Source: a virus. Taken from it: a stretch of DNA of 64,000 bases. The notes under the pieces were generated by a model. The model was not told where the DNA came from. It saw nothing but the letters and a program-made list of their open reading frames with translations, and did not search any database. Position 1 is the first letter of the stretch; each line of letters begins with the position of its first letter. Positions 8,504-17,018 of the stretch are shown piece by piece. Position numbers and translations under genes: made by a program. The stretch covers positions 11,870 through 75,869 of the IMG/VR virus record IMGVR_UViG_3300025086_000015. One strand, written 5' to 3'.

Positions 8504-10785
8504 TATTTGCTAGAAGGTTTAGGTTTAGACTTAGCTATTTTTACTTTATTCTCACTGTCTCTTTTTTTAATAGATTCTCCAGCTCTGTTAGATCTTTCAG
8601 TTTCATTAGCTTGCTTTTCTTTTAAAGCCATTTCCTGCTCTTTAATATCTAAATCTCGCATTCCTTTTTGTAGGTCTAAGTTAGCTTTTGCATCATTATC
8701 TCTCGCATGAATCATAGCAACTTTAATTTGAGTTTCTCTATCTTTTTCTTTATTCATGTTATCCATCTCAGCCTCTTTAGCTTGTTGTTCAAGCGCTGCT
8801 TGTTGCTGTTGTTGTTGAGCTTCTTGTTGTTGTTGTTGCAATTCTTCCATTGCTTTTTCTGCAGATTTAATTTTAAGTTTAATTTGTGAGAAATTCTCTG
8901 CATCAAACATTTCTGCAATAGTAGAAGCTGGCACACCATTCTGAACCATTGATTGTGAAAGAGCTTTAATTTGTTGTAATTTATCTTGATCTTTACCAGA
9001 GTCTGATAAGAATATACCATATTCAGATTCCATATGTTGCATGCTTTCTATATCTAAAAAGTCAGTAGTTCCATCTGGCATTACATACATAGCTTTTTTA
9101 CCTGTTATCCAAGCTTCTTTAGAATAATCTAATAAAGCCTGTATATCACGTTGTTCCATCCTATTAAATTTTCTAAATATATCTTCTGTAATATGGGATG
9201 ATTGAACAATAGCTTGTTGTGATGTAGCTTTACCTTCATAACTTCCAACCTGCCCTTGTCTTTGTCTATTTACTCCAGACAATTTTTCCCACTCTTGCAT
9301 TATAGAATCTAGTAAAGCAATATATTGTTCTATTGTTTTAATAGACATATCTAATACTGACTGATGTTGAGGATTTAATTGTATTCCTTCTTTATTGTAA
9401 TCTACCCAAGCAATACCAGATCCCTCTACATAGTACATAAATTTATCCATATCCCATTTTTTAGGGATCATATTAATGTCAAATTGTGCAATAATATCTT
9501 TAGATCTTGCAATAGCTAATTCTAACCTGTATTTGTAGATGTTATAATTTAATTGGTAAGGGATTCCAAGCTTAACTAGAGAAATATTAGTTGCATTTAC
9601 ATCAGAATATTTTCTACCATTAATTGGTAATTTACATGTAGAATTATTATCTAAAGAAGTTCTTTGATTAACACAAGCGTGTATTTTAACATACATTCTA
9701 CCATCTATTCTTGTACCCTCCCAAACTTCGTTAACCCATTTCCAAGTTACTTTAGCTCCTACTTGTTTTAACTCTTGAGGCATTCTAAATCCATCTTCAA
9801 CAACTTGTTCTTCTATTCCTCCTGTTTCAGGATTTGTAAAAGTTAAAAATCCTATTCTTTTTCTAGATTTCCAATAAACACTAATAACTTCAATAAGTCT
9901 ATTTCTATATGAGTTTGGATCTTTATGGTGGCTAGAAGCATATAGATAATATGAATCAGACTCAGAATGAGCTGGTTCTTCTAGAGCTAATATTTGCTCA
10001 TCATCTAAATATTCATAATACGCATCAATAACACTAGACGCATGTACAAACTTTTTAACTGTAGCCCAATCTCCATCTTCTACAAATTCTAAATCTGGAT
10101 CTAAATCATAGTCTACATCTAAAGGATTAAGTATTTCAAAAAACGGCTCATTATTTCTAACTCCTCTATGTGTGTAAGCTTCTCCAGAAACTAAAAAGTG
10201 AAACCAAGCTTTTTGCAACTTGTCATACACTTCTTCTTTTTGCATAATATAGTTAATTGCATTTTGTCCTTTGATAGCTCTATTATCTACATAGCTCATT
10301 TCAAATTGTTCTGCAATATGTCCAGGTAATTCAACATCTTGAGTTTCTAACCCAGTGTTCATTCCTCTAGTATTCATTTCATTTACAAACTGCTGTTGTA
10401 AATTTTTATATATTAATTCTTTTTTAGCTTCTTCTTTTACAGAAATACTATCTGCATTTTGAACTGTAACAGTGAAATTGAGAGGCCGCTTGGATTTTTC
10501 ACCAAGGAGAAGATCAATTATAGGTTTAATTATGGGATAGTTACGCATCTGAGAAGGGAAGTTCTTACGACTTTTGCCGTAAGGTTTTAATACGTACCTA
10601 TAATCAGCCTCGTCAATCACACCATTATAGTAATCATATAGCATCTGCATATCATCTCTACGAGATGAGCCAGAGCTACGTCCGTTGTTAGAAAGATCAA
10701 TAAACGCTTCTACGCATTGTTCTCTCCATAATTTATTTTTCTTTGCTATAGACAGTTTCTGTCTAGGTATTTTATTATATCCCAT
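8503..10785 (-). CDS. Portal protein
   Basis: Probable start MGYNKIPRQK at 10785; NYPIIKPIIDLLLGE, WVNEVWEGTRI and LSGVNRQRQGQV motifs; Q-rich C-terminal barrel; directly after TerL. Confidence 0.9.
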   Translation of the reverse strand: MGYNKIPRQKLSIAKKNKLWREQCVEAFIDLSNNGRSSGSSRRDDMQMLYDYYNGVIDEADYRYVLKPYGKSRKNFPSQMRNYPIIKPIIDLLLGEKSKRPLNFTVTVQNADSISVKEEAKKELIYKNLQQQFVNEMNTRGMNTGLETQDVELPGHIAEQFEMSYVDNRAIKGQNAINYIMQKEEVYDKLQKAWFHFLVSGEAYTHRGVRNNEPFFEILNPLDVDYDLDPDLEFVEDGDWATVKKFVHASSVIDAYYEYLDDEQILALEEPAHSESDSYYLYASSHHKDPNSYRNRLIEVISVYWKSRKRIGFLTFTNPETGGIEEQVVEDGFRMPQELKQVGAKVTWKWVNEVWEGTRIDGRMYVKIHACVNQRTSLDNNSTCKLPINGRKYSDVNATNISLVKLGIPYQLNYNIYKYRLELAIARSKDIIAQFDINMIPKKWDMDKFMYYVEGSGIAWVDYNKEGIQLNPQHQSVLDMSIKTIEQYIALLDSIMQEWEKLSGVNRQRQGQVGSYEGKATSQQAIVQSSHITEDIFRKFNRMEQRDIQALLDYSKEAWITGKKAMYVMPDGTTDFLDIESMQHMESEYGIFLSDSGKDQDKLQQIKALSQSMVQNGVPASTIAEMFDAENFSQIKLKIKSAEKAMEELQQQQQEAQQQQQQAALEQQAKEAEMDNMNKEKDRETQIKVAMIHARDNDAKANLDLQKGMRDLDIKEQEMALKEKQANETERSNRAGESIKKRDSENKVKIAKSKPKPSSK

Positions 10786-10791
10786 AATGTG

Positions 10792-10861
10792 CAAATTTAT
10801 TAAAATTATTATTAACTCCTACACTACTTCTAATTTTTATTAACGCCTTTACTATATAGCA
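10792..10861 (-). promoter_or_regulatory. Late promoter: -7 element plus upstream motif
   Basis: TAAATTTG on the minus strand at 10792-10799; motif CTTTACTATATAGCA at 10847-10861, nearly the same offset as in the 7363 promoter. Confidence 0.65.
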
Positions 10862-12826
10862 TTAATAGTAGTTTTTTTCAAACCACTCATTAGATGAATT
10901 ATCTTCTAAAATTTCTTTAACTTCTGCATTGTATAACTCTCTAGTATGGTACATCCCAATCATTAACGACATAACGCGGTCAAAGTTACCTTTATGATTA
11001 AATTTAATTAACTCTTGAAGTAAAGCTAAATCATATATTTTATGTAGATTTAATACTTGCTCTCCTTTTTCGTCTTTAGATCTCACAGAGTTTAGCCAAT
11101 CTCTTATATATATTTCACCTTGTCTTTTCCTTGCTTCAGTCATGTGCATACCATATTGCCTCTTTACAGTTTTACTCCTAAGCTCTCTTTTGTCTAACAT
11201 TTCAAATTCTTCTTGAAGTCTATGCATTTTTCTATGTCGTTTTGCATAAGCTATTACCTCACCACGATCATTCTCAAATCCTATCTTACAATTATAATAA
11301 TCAGCAAGCATAAATAAATTTTTATTATATTCATCTTGTGTATGCGGCCTACCTACATATGAAGCCACTATCATATCATCTGGAGCAGAAATATTATTTA
11401 CTCTTTTTATTACATACGCTGATCCTAACGACATAGAGTCTGCTGATTGATTTTGTCCGTAAGGGTCATGGCATAATACATATAAATTATGAGGAACTTG
11501 CTGTTTTTGGTTTTTATATGGAGCTTCATACATAACTATAGCTCCAGTTTTATCATCATCTTTTCTATGTGGATACCTCATAATTGGTCTTAAATCCCCA
11601 TTAACTTTAAACTGTATTTTATTGTCTTGTCCGTAATATAGATTTCCTGCTGTTCCGATGCTATGTAAATTATTAGCTTTAATTTTATTATACTGTTCTT
11701 GTAAAGATGCTACGTCAAATAAATTAGCTGTAACTCTTAACGTTGCTTCTTGAGGTGAAAAAGGGTGCTCTGCAATATATTGGTCTAATGATTTTGCGTC
11801 TGCAGCACCTTTTTTCTTATTCCTCATCTCTTCCTCATGTTCTATAGCTTTTTCTTTTATAGAGTTACCTTGATTGTCTATAAACCCATCTAAATTAGTT
11901 TGTATGGGAATAAAGTACCCACATTGACTCCCCATAGCTCCTTCATCCCATATATTTTCATAAGACATACAGTCATACGCATCTGGGTTATAAAATATTT
12001 CCTCCATTGCTTCAAAGTCAGAACCTTCTGTACCCCCTGTACCAAATGCTACCATCATACCTAATGTTTTAGCACCTTGACGCATTGTTGGCATCGTTAC
12101 CTCCCAAGCTTTTAATAATCCCGGAAAAGATCCTGCTTCTTCAAAGAATACTAACTCACCAGCCTTACCCCTTACTTTATCTGGATTATCTTTTAGTGAT
12201 ACTCCCATAATTTGAGATTTATTCCCCATTTCAATCTCTAATCCATTTACTTTCTTTTTATACCCAGACATTTTATGCATCTCCCTGTCTTTTAATCTTG
12301 GTTGGGCCCAAGCAGTATGGTCATCAATAAATGCTAAAAAATCCCAAGCTTTTGAAAGAAGTCCATCACCAATTAAAAATTCTTTAGATGCTGCAAATAC
12401 AAAGTTTTTAGAGTTACGTACAAAAAAATAGTTACGAGCTAGCATAGACCCTGCCTTATAAGAGTATCCCTTACGCCTTGCTTTTAAAACAATCATATGT
12501 TTATTATCTGCTCTAGCTTTATCTATTTCATGAAAATATTCATAGTCACCATCATAAAATGCAGGAAATGTACGCTCACGTCTAGCTTGTATAGTTCCGT
12601 CAGGTAATTCTTCGTCGACAGCTCTGTCAATAGGACAATAGTTTAAATAAAAATAATGAAATCCAGTAACTTTAAGTTCATCTATCTCATATCCATACAT
12701 ACACCTATTCTTCTCCTCGTCCCAAAAGTCATAATAATCTTTTGTTCCAGGGAGAGAAGAAGTATAATGTCCCTTCTCTAAAAATGTTAAGGCAGCTGGC
12801 CTTAGTCTGTCTGTGTCTTTAAGCAT
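10862..12826 (-). CDS. terL: Terminase large subunit
   Basis: 654 aa; Walker A LKARRKGYS, Walker B VFFEEAG, FGTGG coupling motif, nuclease HDPY...GNFDRV. Confidence 0.93.
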   Translation of the reverse strand: MLKDTDRLRPAALTFLEKGHYTSSLPGTKDYYDFWDEEKNRCMYGYEIDELKVTGFHYFYLNYCPIDRAVDEELPDGTIQARRERTFPAFYDGDYEYFHEIDKARADNKHMIVLKARRKGYSYKAGSMLARNYFFVRNSKNFVFAASKEFLIGDGLLSKAWDFLAFIDDHTAWAQPRLKDREMHKMSGYKKKVNGLEIEMGNKSQIMGVSLKDNPDKVRGKAGELVFFEEAGSFPGLLKAWEVTMPTMRQGAKTLGMMVAFGTGGTEGSDFEAMEEIFYNPDAYDCMSYENIWDEGAMGSQCGYFIPIQTNLDGFIDNQGNSIKEKAIEHEEEMRNKKKGAADAKSLDQYIAEHPFSPQEATLRVTANLFDVASLQEQYNKIKANNLHSIGTAGNLYYGQDNKIQFKVNGDLRPIMRYPHRKDDDKTGAIVMYEAPYKNQKQQVPHNLYVLCHDPYGQNQSADSMSLGSAYVIKRVNNISAPDDMIVASYVGRPHTQDEYNKNLFMLADYYNCKIGFENDRGEVIAYAKRHRKMHRLQEEFEMLDKRELRSKTVKRQYGMHMTEARKRQGEIYIRDWLNSVRSKDEKGEQVLNLHKIYDLALLQELIKFNHKGNFDRVMSLMIGMYHTRELYNAEVKEILEDNSSNEWFEKNYY

Positions 12827-13074
12827 TCTGTTTTAATCTTTACTAGTACTGCGCATTTTTCATATTCCTCATAAGTTGTAAAATGTTCGATTAACATATC
12901 CAACACATCTTCTGATCTTCCATTTTCAAATGTAGGATCAAAAGGTAATGGATAGTTTTGATTTAAAACATCCATCTGTGTGTATAGTTCTTCTAACGTT
13001 TTTCTTTGAGTAATAAATTCAAACGCATTGTCCATAGCTTGATTATATAATGCTAAGTCTTCTAAAAAATCCAT
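12802..13074 (-). CDS. Hypothetical protein
   Basis: 90 aa; overlaps its neighbours in the packaging operon; C-terminal EEYEKCAVL helix. Confidence 0.6.
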   Translation of the reverse strand: MDFLEDLALYNQAMDNAFEFITQRKTLEELYTQMDVLNQNYPLPFDPTFENGRSEDVLDMLIEHFTTYEEYEKCAVLVKIKTECLKTQTD

Positions 13075-13580
13075 TACATACTATATTTATTTACTTCAAT
13101 TCCACCTCTATTTGTATTGGCAGCTTGCTCTTCTTTTCTTACTATCTCTTCTAATCTACTTAAGCCATCTACTACCTTCCCCATATTAGATAAATTAGCT
13201 ATTAAATCTTTAGCATGAAATATAGGTTTACCATGATCATCCATCATTTGTAAATCCACACTTCTAAAATACTTTTCTAATTTAATTATAGATTCTCTTG
13301 CAGCTTTTAATAATCTAACTGCAGATGTTTCTATTAATTTATCATAAGCATCACATCCTCCTAAAACTTTTGGGGATGGAGTCCATTTCTTTTCTCCAAA
13401 AATACTAAGTTTTACTTCTTTTAATCTTTGATCCCATTCATATACAGAAAATGGAGACCTATGATCCACCATAAAGTATATATAAGCTAATTCTTCTACT
13501 TTTAAATCTTTAAATTCTTTTATAGACAACGCATAAGGACTTAACACTCCTTTATTATTATCGATTTGTATTAAGTCCAT
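13074..13580 (-). CDS. Conserved crAss-like protein, candidate terminase small subunit
   Basis: 168 aa; ELAYIYFMVDHRSPF and C-terminal RGG; two genes upstream of TerL. The function is inferred from position. Confidence 0.5.
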   Translation of the reverse strand: MDLIQIDNNKGVLSPYALSIKEFKDLKVEELAYIYFMVDHRSPFSVYEWDQRLKEVKLSIFGEKKWTPSPKVLGGCDAYDKLIETSAVRLLKAARESIIKLEKYFRSVDLQMMDDHGKPIFHAKDLIANLSNMGKVVDGLSRLEEIVRKEEQAANTNRGGIEVNKYSM

Positions 13581-14173
13581 AACTCTGAAAATTTTTTATC
13601 CCCTTCTTTTCTTTTCTTTTGTGGGAGTTGTTTATTTTTTAACATATCTTCTAACTGTTCACTAGAAGGCGCATAAGTTTTACTTTTTATTCTTTGTTTT
13701 GCTAGTAAAAATTCTTTTTTTAAATCGTAGTAATTAAAACCTTTATTCCTATACACATCTCCATATTTTCCTAAAATATAACAAGGCACACTAGCATTTC
13801 TACCATACATACACTCAAACAGCTTTGTTCTGTGATAGCCATCTCTTATACTATATTTAAAAGGAGCATTTTCGCGTGAAGGAACAGGTACAACTATAAT
13901 AGGATTTTTAAGTCCATGTTTTTTTACACTATCACGTAAACCTTGCCAATCGTATTCAGGGTCATGAGATTCTAAAGCATCCCAATTTTCAGTACGGTCA
14001 GCATTTAGATCTTTGATTGGTATTTCTCTAGAATCTATATACACGTATAAACCATCATATCTAACATCGCCCCCTAGTCTACGAGCCATGTTTACAAAAA
14101 ATCCAATTAAAAAATGACGAATTTTAAATTTATAGTTTTCTATATGAAGCGCTATTAATTTTTTATTTACCAT
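13571..14173 (-). CDS. ParB/Sulfiredoxin-fold domain protein
   Basis: LRDSVKKHGLKNPIIV...YSIRDGYHRT matches the ParB-N/Srx signature. Confidence 0.7.
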   Translation of the reverse strand: MVNKKLIALHIENYKFKIRHFLIGFFVNMARRLGGDVRYDGLYVYIDSREIPIKDLNADRTENWDALESHDPEYDWQGLRDSVKKHGLKNPIIVVPVPSRENAPFKYSIRDGYHRTKLFECMYGRNASVPCYILGKYGDVYRNKGFNYYDLKKEFLLAKQRIKSKTYAPSSEQLEDMLKNKQLPQKKRKEGDKKFSELWT

Positions 14174-14381
14174 CTTTTGATAATTTTTTTATATACGCTA
14201 ATCGTTTACGGTTAACTGTAAATTTTCCAAAATATGGGAGACGTGTAGTTTCAAATTTGCCAGCTTTCATTTTACTAGCTACAAATTTAAATTGATATTC
14301 TACTATTTCTTTTACCTTACTTAAAGGCAGATTATACTTAGTAGCTAAATGGTGGATTATTGCTTCTTTATTCTTTGGCAT
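14163..14381 (-). CDS. HU/IHF-like DNA-binding protein
   Basis: 72 aa, basic; helix-helix followed by RLPYFGKFTV, an HU-family beta motif. Confidence 0.7.
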   Translation of the reverse strand: MPKNKEAIIHHLATKYNLPLSKVKEIVEYQFKFVASKMKAGKFETTRLPYFGKFTVNRKRLAYIKKLSKDGK

Positions 14382-14730
14382 CTTTGTCCCATTTATTTAA
14401 AGGGCATTCAGAAGTTTTCATTCTTGCTTTATACTCTACCATACATCCACACTCCATACATCTATTTTGTCTCTCATTAAATTTATCACAAACGTGGCAA
14501 GTTATAATTCTATCTGCAAATTCTTTTGGAGTAACTACAGGAGCACCTTCTTTTATCCATCCTGTAAAAGCTTTAGCAAAACTTACAAGCTGAGTTTTTA
14601 ATGAGGGTGGTTTTTGATACTCCCCTTCAGTAGGTTCTTCTTTTTTAATCTCCTCTTCAGGATTAGTAGGATTTTCAAACTTAGGTTCGTCACCTATATA
14701 TATTTTTTTATTTGGTATCTTGTCTTTCAT
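14368..14730 (-). CDS. Zn-finger protein (DUF6171-like)
   Basis: RIITCHVC...RCMECGCMVEYKARMKTSECPLNKW. Confidence 0.65.
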   Translation of the reverse strand: MKDKIPNKKIYIGDEPKFENPTNPEEEIKKEEPTEGEYQKPPSLKTQLVSFAKAFTGWIKEGAPVVTPKEFADRIITCHVCDKFNERQNRCMECGCMVEYKARMKTSECPLNKWDKDAKE

Positions 14731-14835
14731 ATATTGTTCATATTATATTGTACATCCATATACAAATACTTTCCTTGACTATTTTGGACAATTACAATAT
14801 AATAAATGTCACAATCAAAAGTACTGATAACACAA

Positions 14836-15168
14836 TTAATGTCTAGTAAACTTGATTTCAATTGTATCTGTATCTGTTTCTAATAACGTGTTGACTGTAT
14901 AGTTGTTTCCTTCTTTTTTAAAAACCCCTTTGTCTTTAAATCTTTTAATATAATTATTTAAAGTGTTTGGATCTTTAATACCTACAGCTGCCGCCACTAA
15001 TTTTTTATTCTTCATCGAACAAAGATTTTTAGTCTCTGTTACTTTACCAGTATCTACAAAAGTAGATAAAATTTCTAGTTCTTTATTAGTTAAGTTAAAA
15101 ATACCATTCCAAACTTGTAAAAATTTGTAAGTTGTATTTACGTTAACTGTTATTTTTTTTGTTTTCAT
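14836..15168 (-). CDS. Winged-helix DNA-binding protein
   Basis: Probable start MKTKKITV at 15168; LTNKELEIL...VAAAVGIKDPNTLNNYIKRFKDKGVF...YTVN is a wHTH pattern. Confidence 0.65.
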   Translation of the reverse strand: MKTKKITVNVNTTYKFLQVWNGIFNLTNKELEILSTFVDTGKVTETKNLCSMKNKKLVAAAVGIKDPNTLNNYIKRFKDKGVFKKEGNNYTVNTLLETDTDTIEIKFTRH

Positions 15169-15355
15169 AATTTTCTTCCAATATTTTAAGTAAAGACTTA
15201 TCTCCATACATAGTTCTTGCAGATTTAAACTTTACATACTCTTCAGGTTTGAATATCATTTTAACTTCTGTTATAAAACCTTCATCATCTTGACGTATTG
15301 TCCAACGTCTACCTCTTACTGTCTTATTATTTTTAAGTGTTGTTCTCAAACTCAT
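15143..15355 (-). CDS. Hypothetical protein
   Basis: 70 aa; overlaps both neighbours in the operon. Confidence 0.55.
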   Translation of the reverse strand: MSLRTTLKNNKTVRGRRWTIRQDDEGFITEVKMIFKPEEYVKFKSARTMYGDKSLLKILEENYENKKNNS

Positions 15356-15597
15356 AATTCGTCTTTAAATTTAATTTTAGCAAAGCCATTTTCTATTACT
15401 ATCTCAGAAGTTCTAGATTGTTTATTAAATTCTGCAACAAACGGTTCTATATCTACTCTAGTACATAAGTATGATAAAAAAACTTGTAATTCTTTAGCTG
15501 CTTTTTTAACGTTAGAGATGCGATTATCTGCATCTATCTTTACATCTATAAGAGCTTGAAAATCTTTGATGGTTATAGTAACAGTCCCTTCTACCAC
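15352..15597 (-). CDS. Hypothetical protein
   Basis: 81 aa; translationally coupled to the groES-like gene. Confidence 0.55.
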   Translation of the reverse strand: MVEGTVTITIKDFQALIDVKIDADNRISNVKKAAKELQVFLSYLCTRVDIEPFVAEFNKQSRTSEIVIENGFAKIKFKDEL

Positions 15598-15860
15598 TTA
15601 CCTAATATTTGATGTTCATTAATTAGTAAGTAATTTTTTCCGTCAATAGGAGCTTTTACAGCTTCTGTTCTAGGATCAATCATTACAGTATCGCCTTTTT
15701 TTACAAAATGACACTGATCTCCCGCAGCAATTACTTTTAAAACATTAGATTTTTTAGCGTTAGACTTAGCCGTTTCTTCATCTAAGATGATTCCAGATTT
15801 TGTTTCAGTTACTATTGGATCAGGCACTACTATCCAACTTCCGTGTGGTTTAAATTTCAT
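15591..15860 (-). CDS. groES: Co-chaperonin GroES (Cpn10)
   Basis: MKFKPHGSWIVV...ETKSGIIL...KVIAAG...VKKGDTV...IDGKNYLLINEHQILG matches the Cpn10 pattern. Confidence 0.88.
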   Translation of the reverse strand: MKFKPHGSWIVVPDPIVTETKSGIILDEETAKSNAKKSNVLKVIAAGDQCHFVKKGDTVMIDPRTEAVKAPIDGKNYLLINEHQILGKW

Positions 15861-15880
15861 AATATATATTTTTGTTTGGG

Positions 15881-15913
15881 CAAAGATATAAATTATTATT
15901 TTATAAAAACAAA
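15881..15913 (-). promoter_or_regulatory. Bacteroidota sigma-type promoter (-33 TTTG / -7 TATCTTTG) for the packaging operon
   Basis: On the minus strand, TTTG at 15910-15913 and TATCTTTG at 15881-15888 with a 21 nt spacer, 20 nt above the groES ATG. Confidence 0.75.
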
Positions 15914-15942
15914 TCTTTTGTAGTATTTTTCAAGTGGATATA

Positions 15943-16174
15943 GTTATCCCCCTTGGAGTCTCTTTTTCAAACTTGGATTTTACTCTAGCAGTGCTTCTCA
16001 AAAAGAGACCAAAGGATAGTAAGACTGATGTTAATTCACCGCACATACCTGTGTGCAATCTATCCTAACTAGAGTTTATACACTCGTTCTTTTCCAACTA
16101 CCGGAGAAAATCTCACTCTTATTTAGAGTTACCAATCCGATGTCTAATCCCTTTTATGGTTACCGGGGGATGAT
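15943..16174 (+). ncRNA. Putative structured RNA, ~230 nt, with two potential pseudoknots
   Basis: Closing stem GTTATCCCCC/GGGGGATGAT; inner stems GTCTCTTTT/AAAAGAGAC, AGGATAG/CTATCCT and GCACAT/GTGTGC; loop segments ACTCTAG and TTGGATT pair downstream; G-U pairs favour the plus strand. Confidence 0.5.
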
Positions 16175-16186
16175 ATTGTTGGACTG

Positions 16187-16194
16187 CAAAGATA
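16187..16194 (-). promoter_or_regulatory. Second leftward -7 element (TATCTTTG)
   Basis: GCAAAGATATAAA context identical to the 15881 promoter; no clear -33 box. Confidence 0.5.
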
Positions 16195-16358
16195 TAAAAA
16201 GTTTAATAAAAAAAATAAAATAACTAAAAAATTTTTTTTGGGGTTTATTTGTGAGCGTACGGACCTCCTCAAAACAACACCCCGTCTTGTAATAGGGTTT
16301 GCAAGCACCCCCTATTAAAGCCAAAAGATGGCTTTAATTTAATTAAATACTTAATCAA

Positions 16359-16565
16359 ATGGCACAAACTTATGACAAGAATGGTAAGTGGTCTAAGACC
16401 ACAACATTCACAACACCTTCGGGTTGGCACATCAGCACTTCGTTATCTCACACTAAAGGTGAGACTGATGTTAAAAAGTCTCAAGACTTTACTAAACTTG
16501 ATGAATTACCAGAGGAAATTCAACAAGGCATCATGGATGGTACTCTTTCAATAAAATTGAAATAG
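16359..16565 (+). CDS. First early gene, hypothetical protein
   Basis: 68 aa; A-rich leader; followed by its own terminator. Confidence 0.65.
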   Translation: MAQTYDKNGKWSKTTTFTTPSGWHISTSLSHTKGETDVKKSQDFTKLDELPEEIQQGIMDGTLSIKLK

Positions 16566-16569
16566 CACT

Positions 16570-16591
16570 AAAGGGACTTTGTCCCTTTTTT
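16570..16591 (+). terminator. Rho-independent terminator
   Basis: AAAGGGAC-TTT-GTCCCTTTTTT. Confidence 0.75.
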
Positions 16592-16598
16592 AATATAT

Positions 16599-16655
16599 AT
16601 GGTAGTAATCAATTTGTAGTTGTGAGTGTGGCTTCGTGGTCACATTCACTACTAT
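16599..16655 (+). other. Long imperfect hairpin
   Basis: GTGAGTGTGGC/GTCACATTCAC stem containing G-U pairs, closed by ATGGT/ACCAT. Confidence 0.5.
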
Positions 16656-16711
16656 TTCCACCATTTATACAATCAATCAAATCGTTAACATTATAATAAT
16701 ATAACACTAAC

Positions 16712-16831
16712 ATGAAAACACTACTTATATTACTATTAGTAGCAGTATTCTTTGGCAGCTGCGCATCAACTTGCCAATATTCTAATAGTCATTCATATAA
16801 AATGAGAAATAATTGTGCAGCATATAGATAG
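16712..16831 (+). CDS. 39 aa lipoprotein (below the ORF-track cutoff)
   Basis: MKTLLILLLVAVFFGSCASTCQYSNSHSYKMRNNCAAYR: signal peptide with FGS-C lipobox; A-rich leader. Confidence 0.65.
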   Translation: MKTLLILLLVAVFFGSCASTCQYSNSHSYKMRNNCAAYR

Positions 16832-16841
16832 TACAAAACAT

Positions 16842-16930
16842 AAATAACAAGGTTTATGATGTGAAATTCATCTCGTGGCCTCTTGACCAATCAGCCGTTA
16901 AATGCGGTAATAGATAGAGACTTGTTATTT
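16842..16930 (+). ncRNA. Structured element D1: long stem capped by a four-way junction
   Basis: AAATAACAAG/CTTGTTATTT and GTTTAT/ATAGAT stems, then three hairpins GATG/CATC, TGG/CCA and GCCGT/GCGGT. Confidence 0.5.
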
Positions 16931-16934
16931 TTAT

Positions 16935-17011
16935 TAGAAAGCATAAACATTAAATTGGGTATGAACATGGAGGTAGACACTATGCAGGTGTTCACATGTT
17001 CTAACTTTCTA
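16935..17011 (+). ncRNA. Structured element D2
   Basis: Nested stems TAGAAAG/CTTTCTA, GAACATG/CATGTTC and GACAC/GTGTT. Confidence 0.4.
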
Positions 17012-17018
17012 TATACAT

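Noticed and set aside
7060-8850. Trinucleotide-like repeats (TCG/TCA near 7070-7150; TGT/TGC near 8800-8840)
   Set aside because: They simply encode the Asp/Glu tract of the scaffold and the Gln tract of the portal
14727-14862. Possible ~44 aa minus-strand ORF filling the gap between the wHTH and Zn-finger genes
   Set aside because: It has only a TTG start inside the upstream gene and no recognisable motif; too weak to list as a feature
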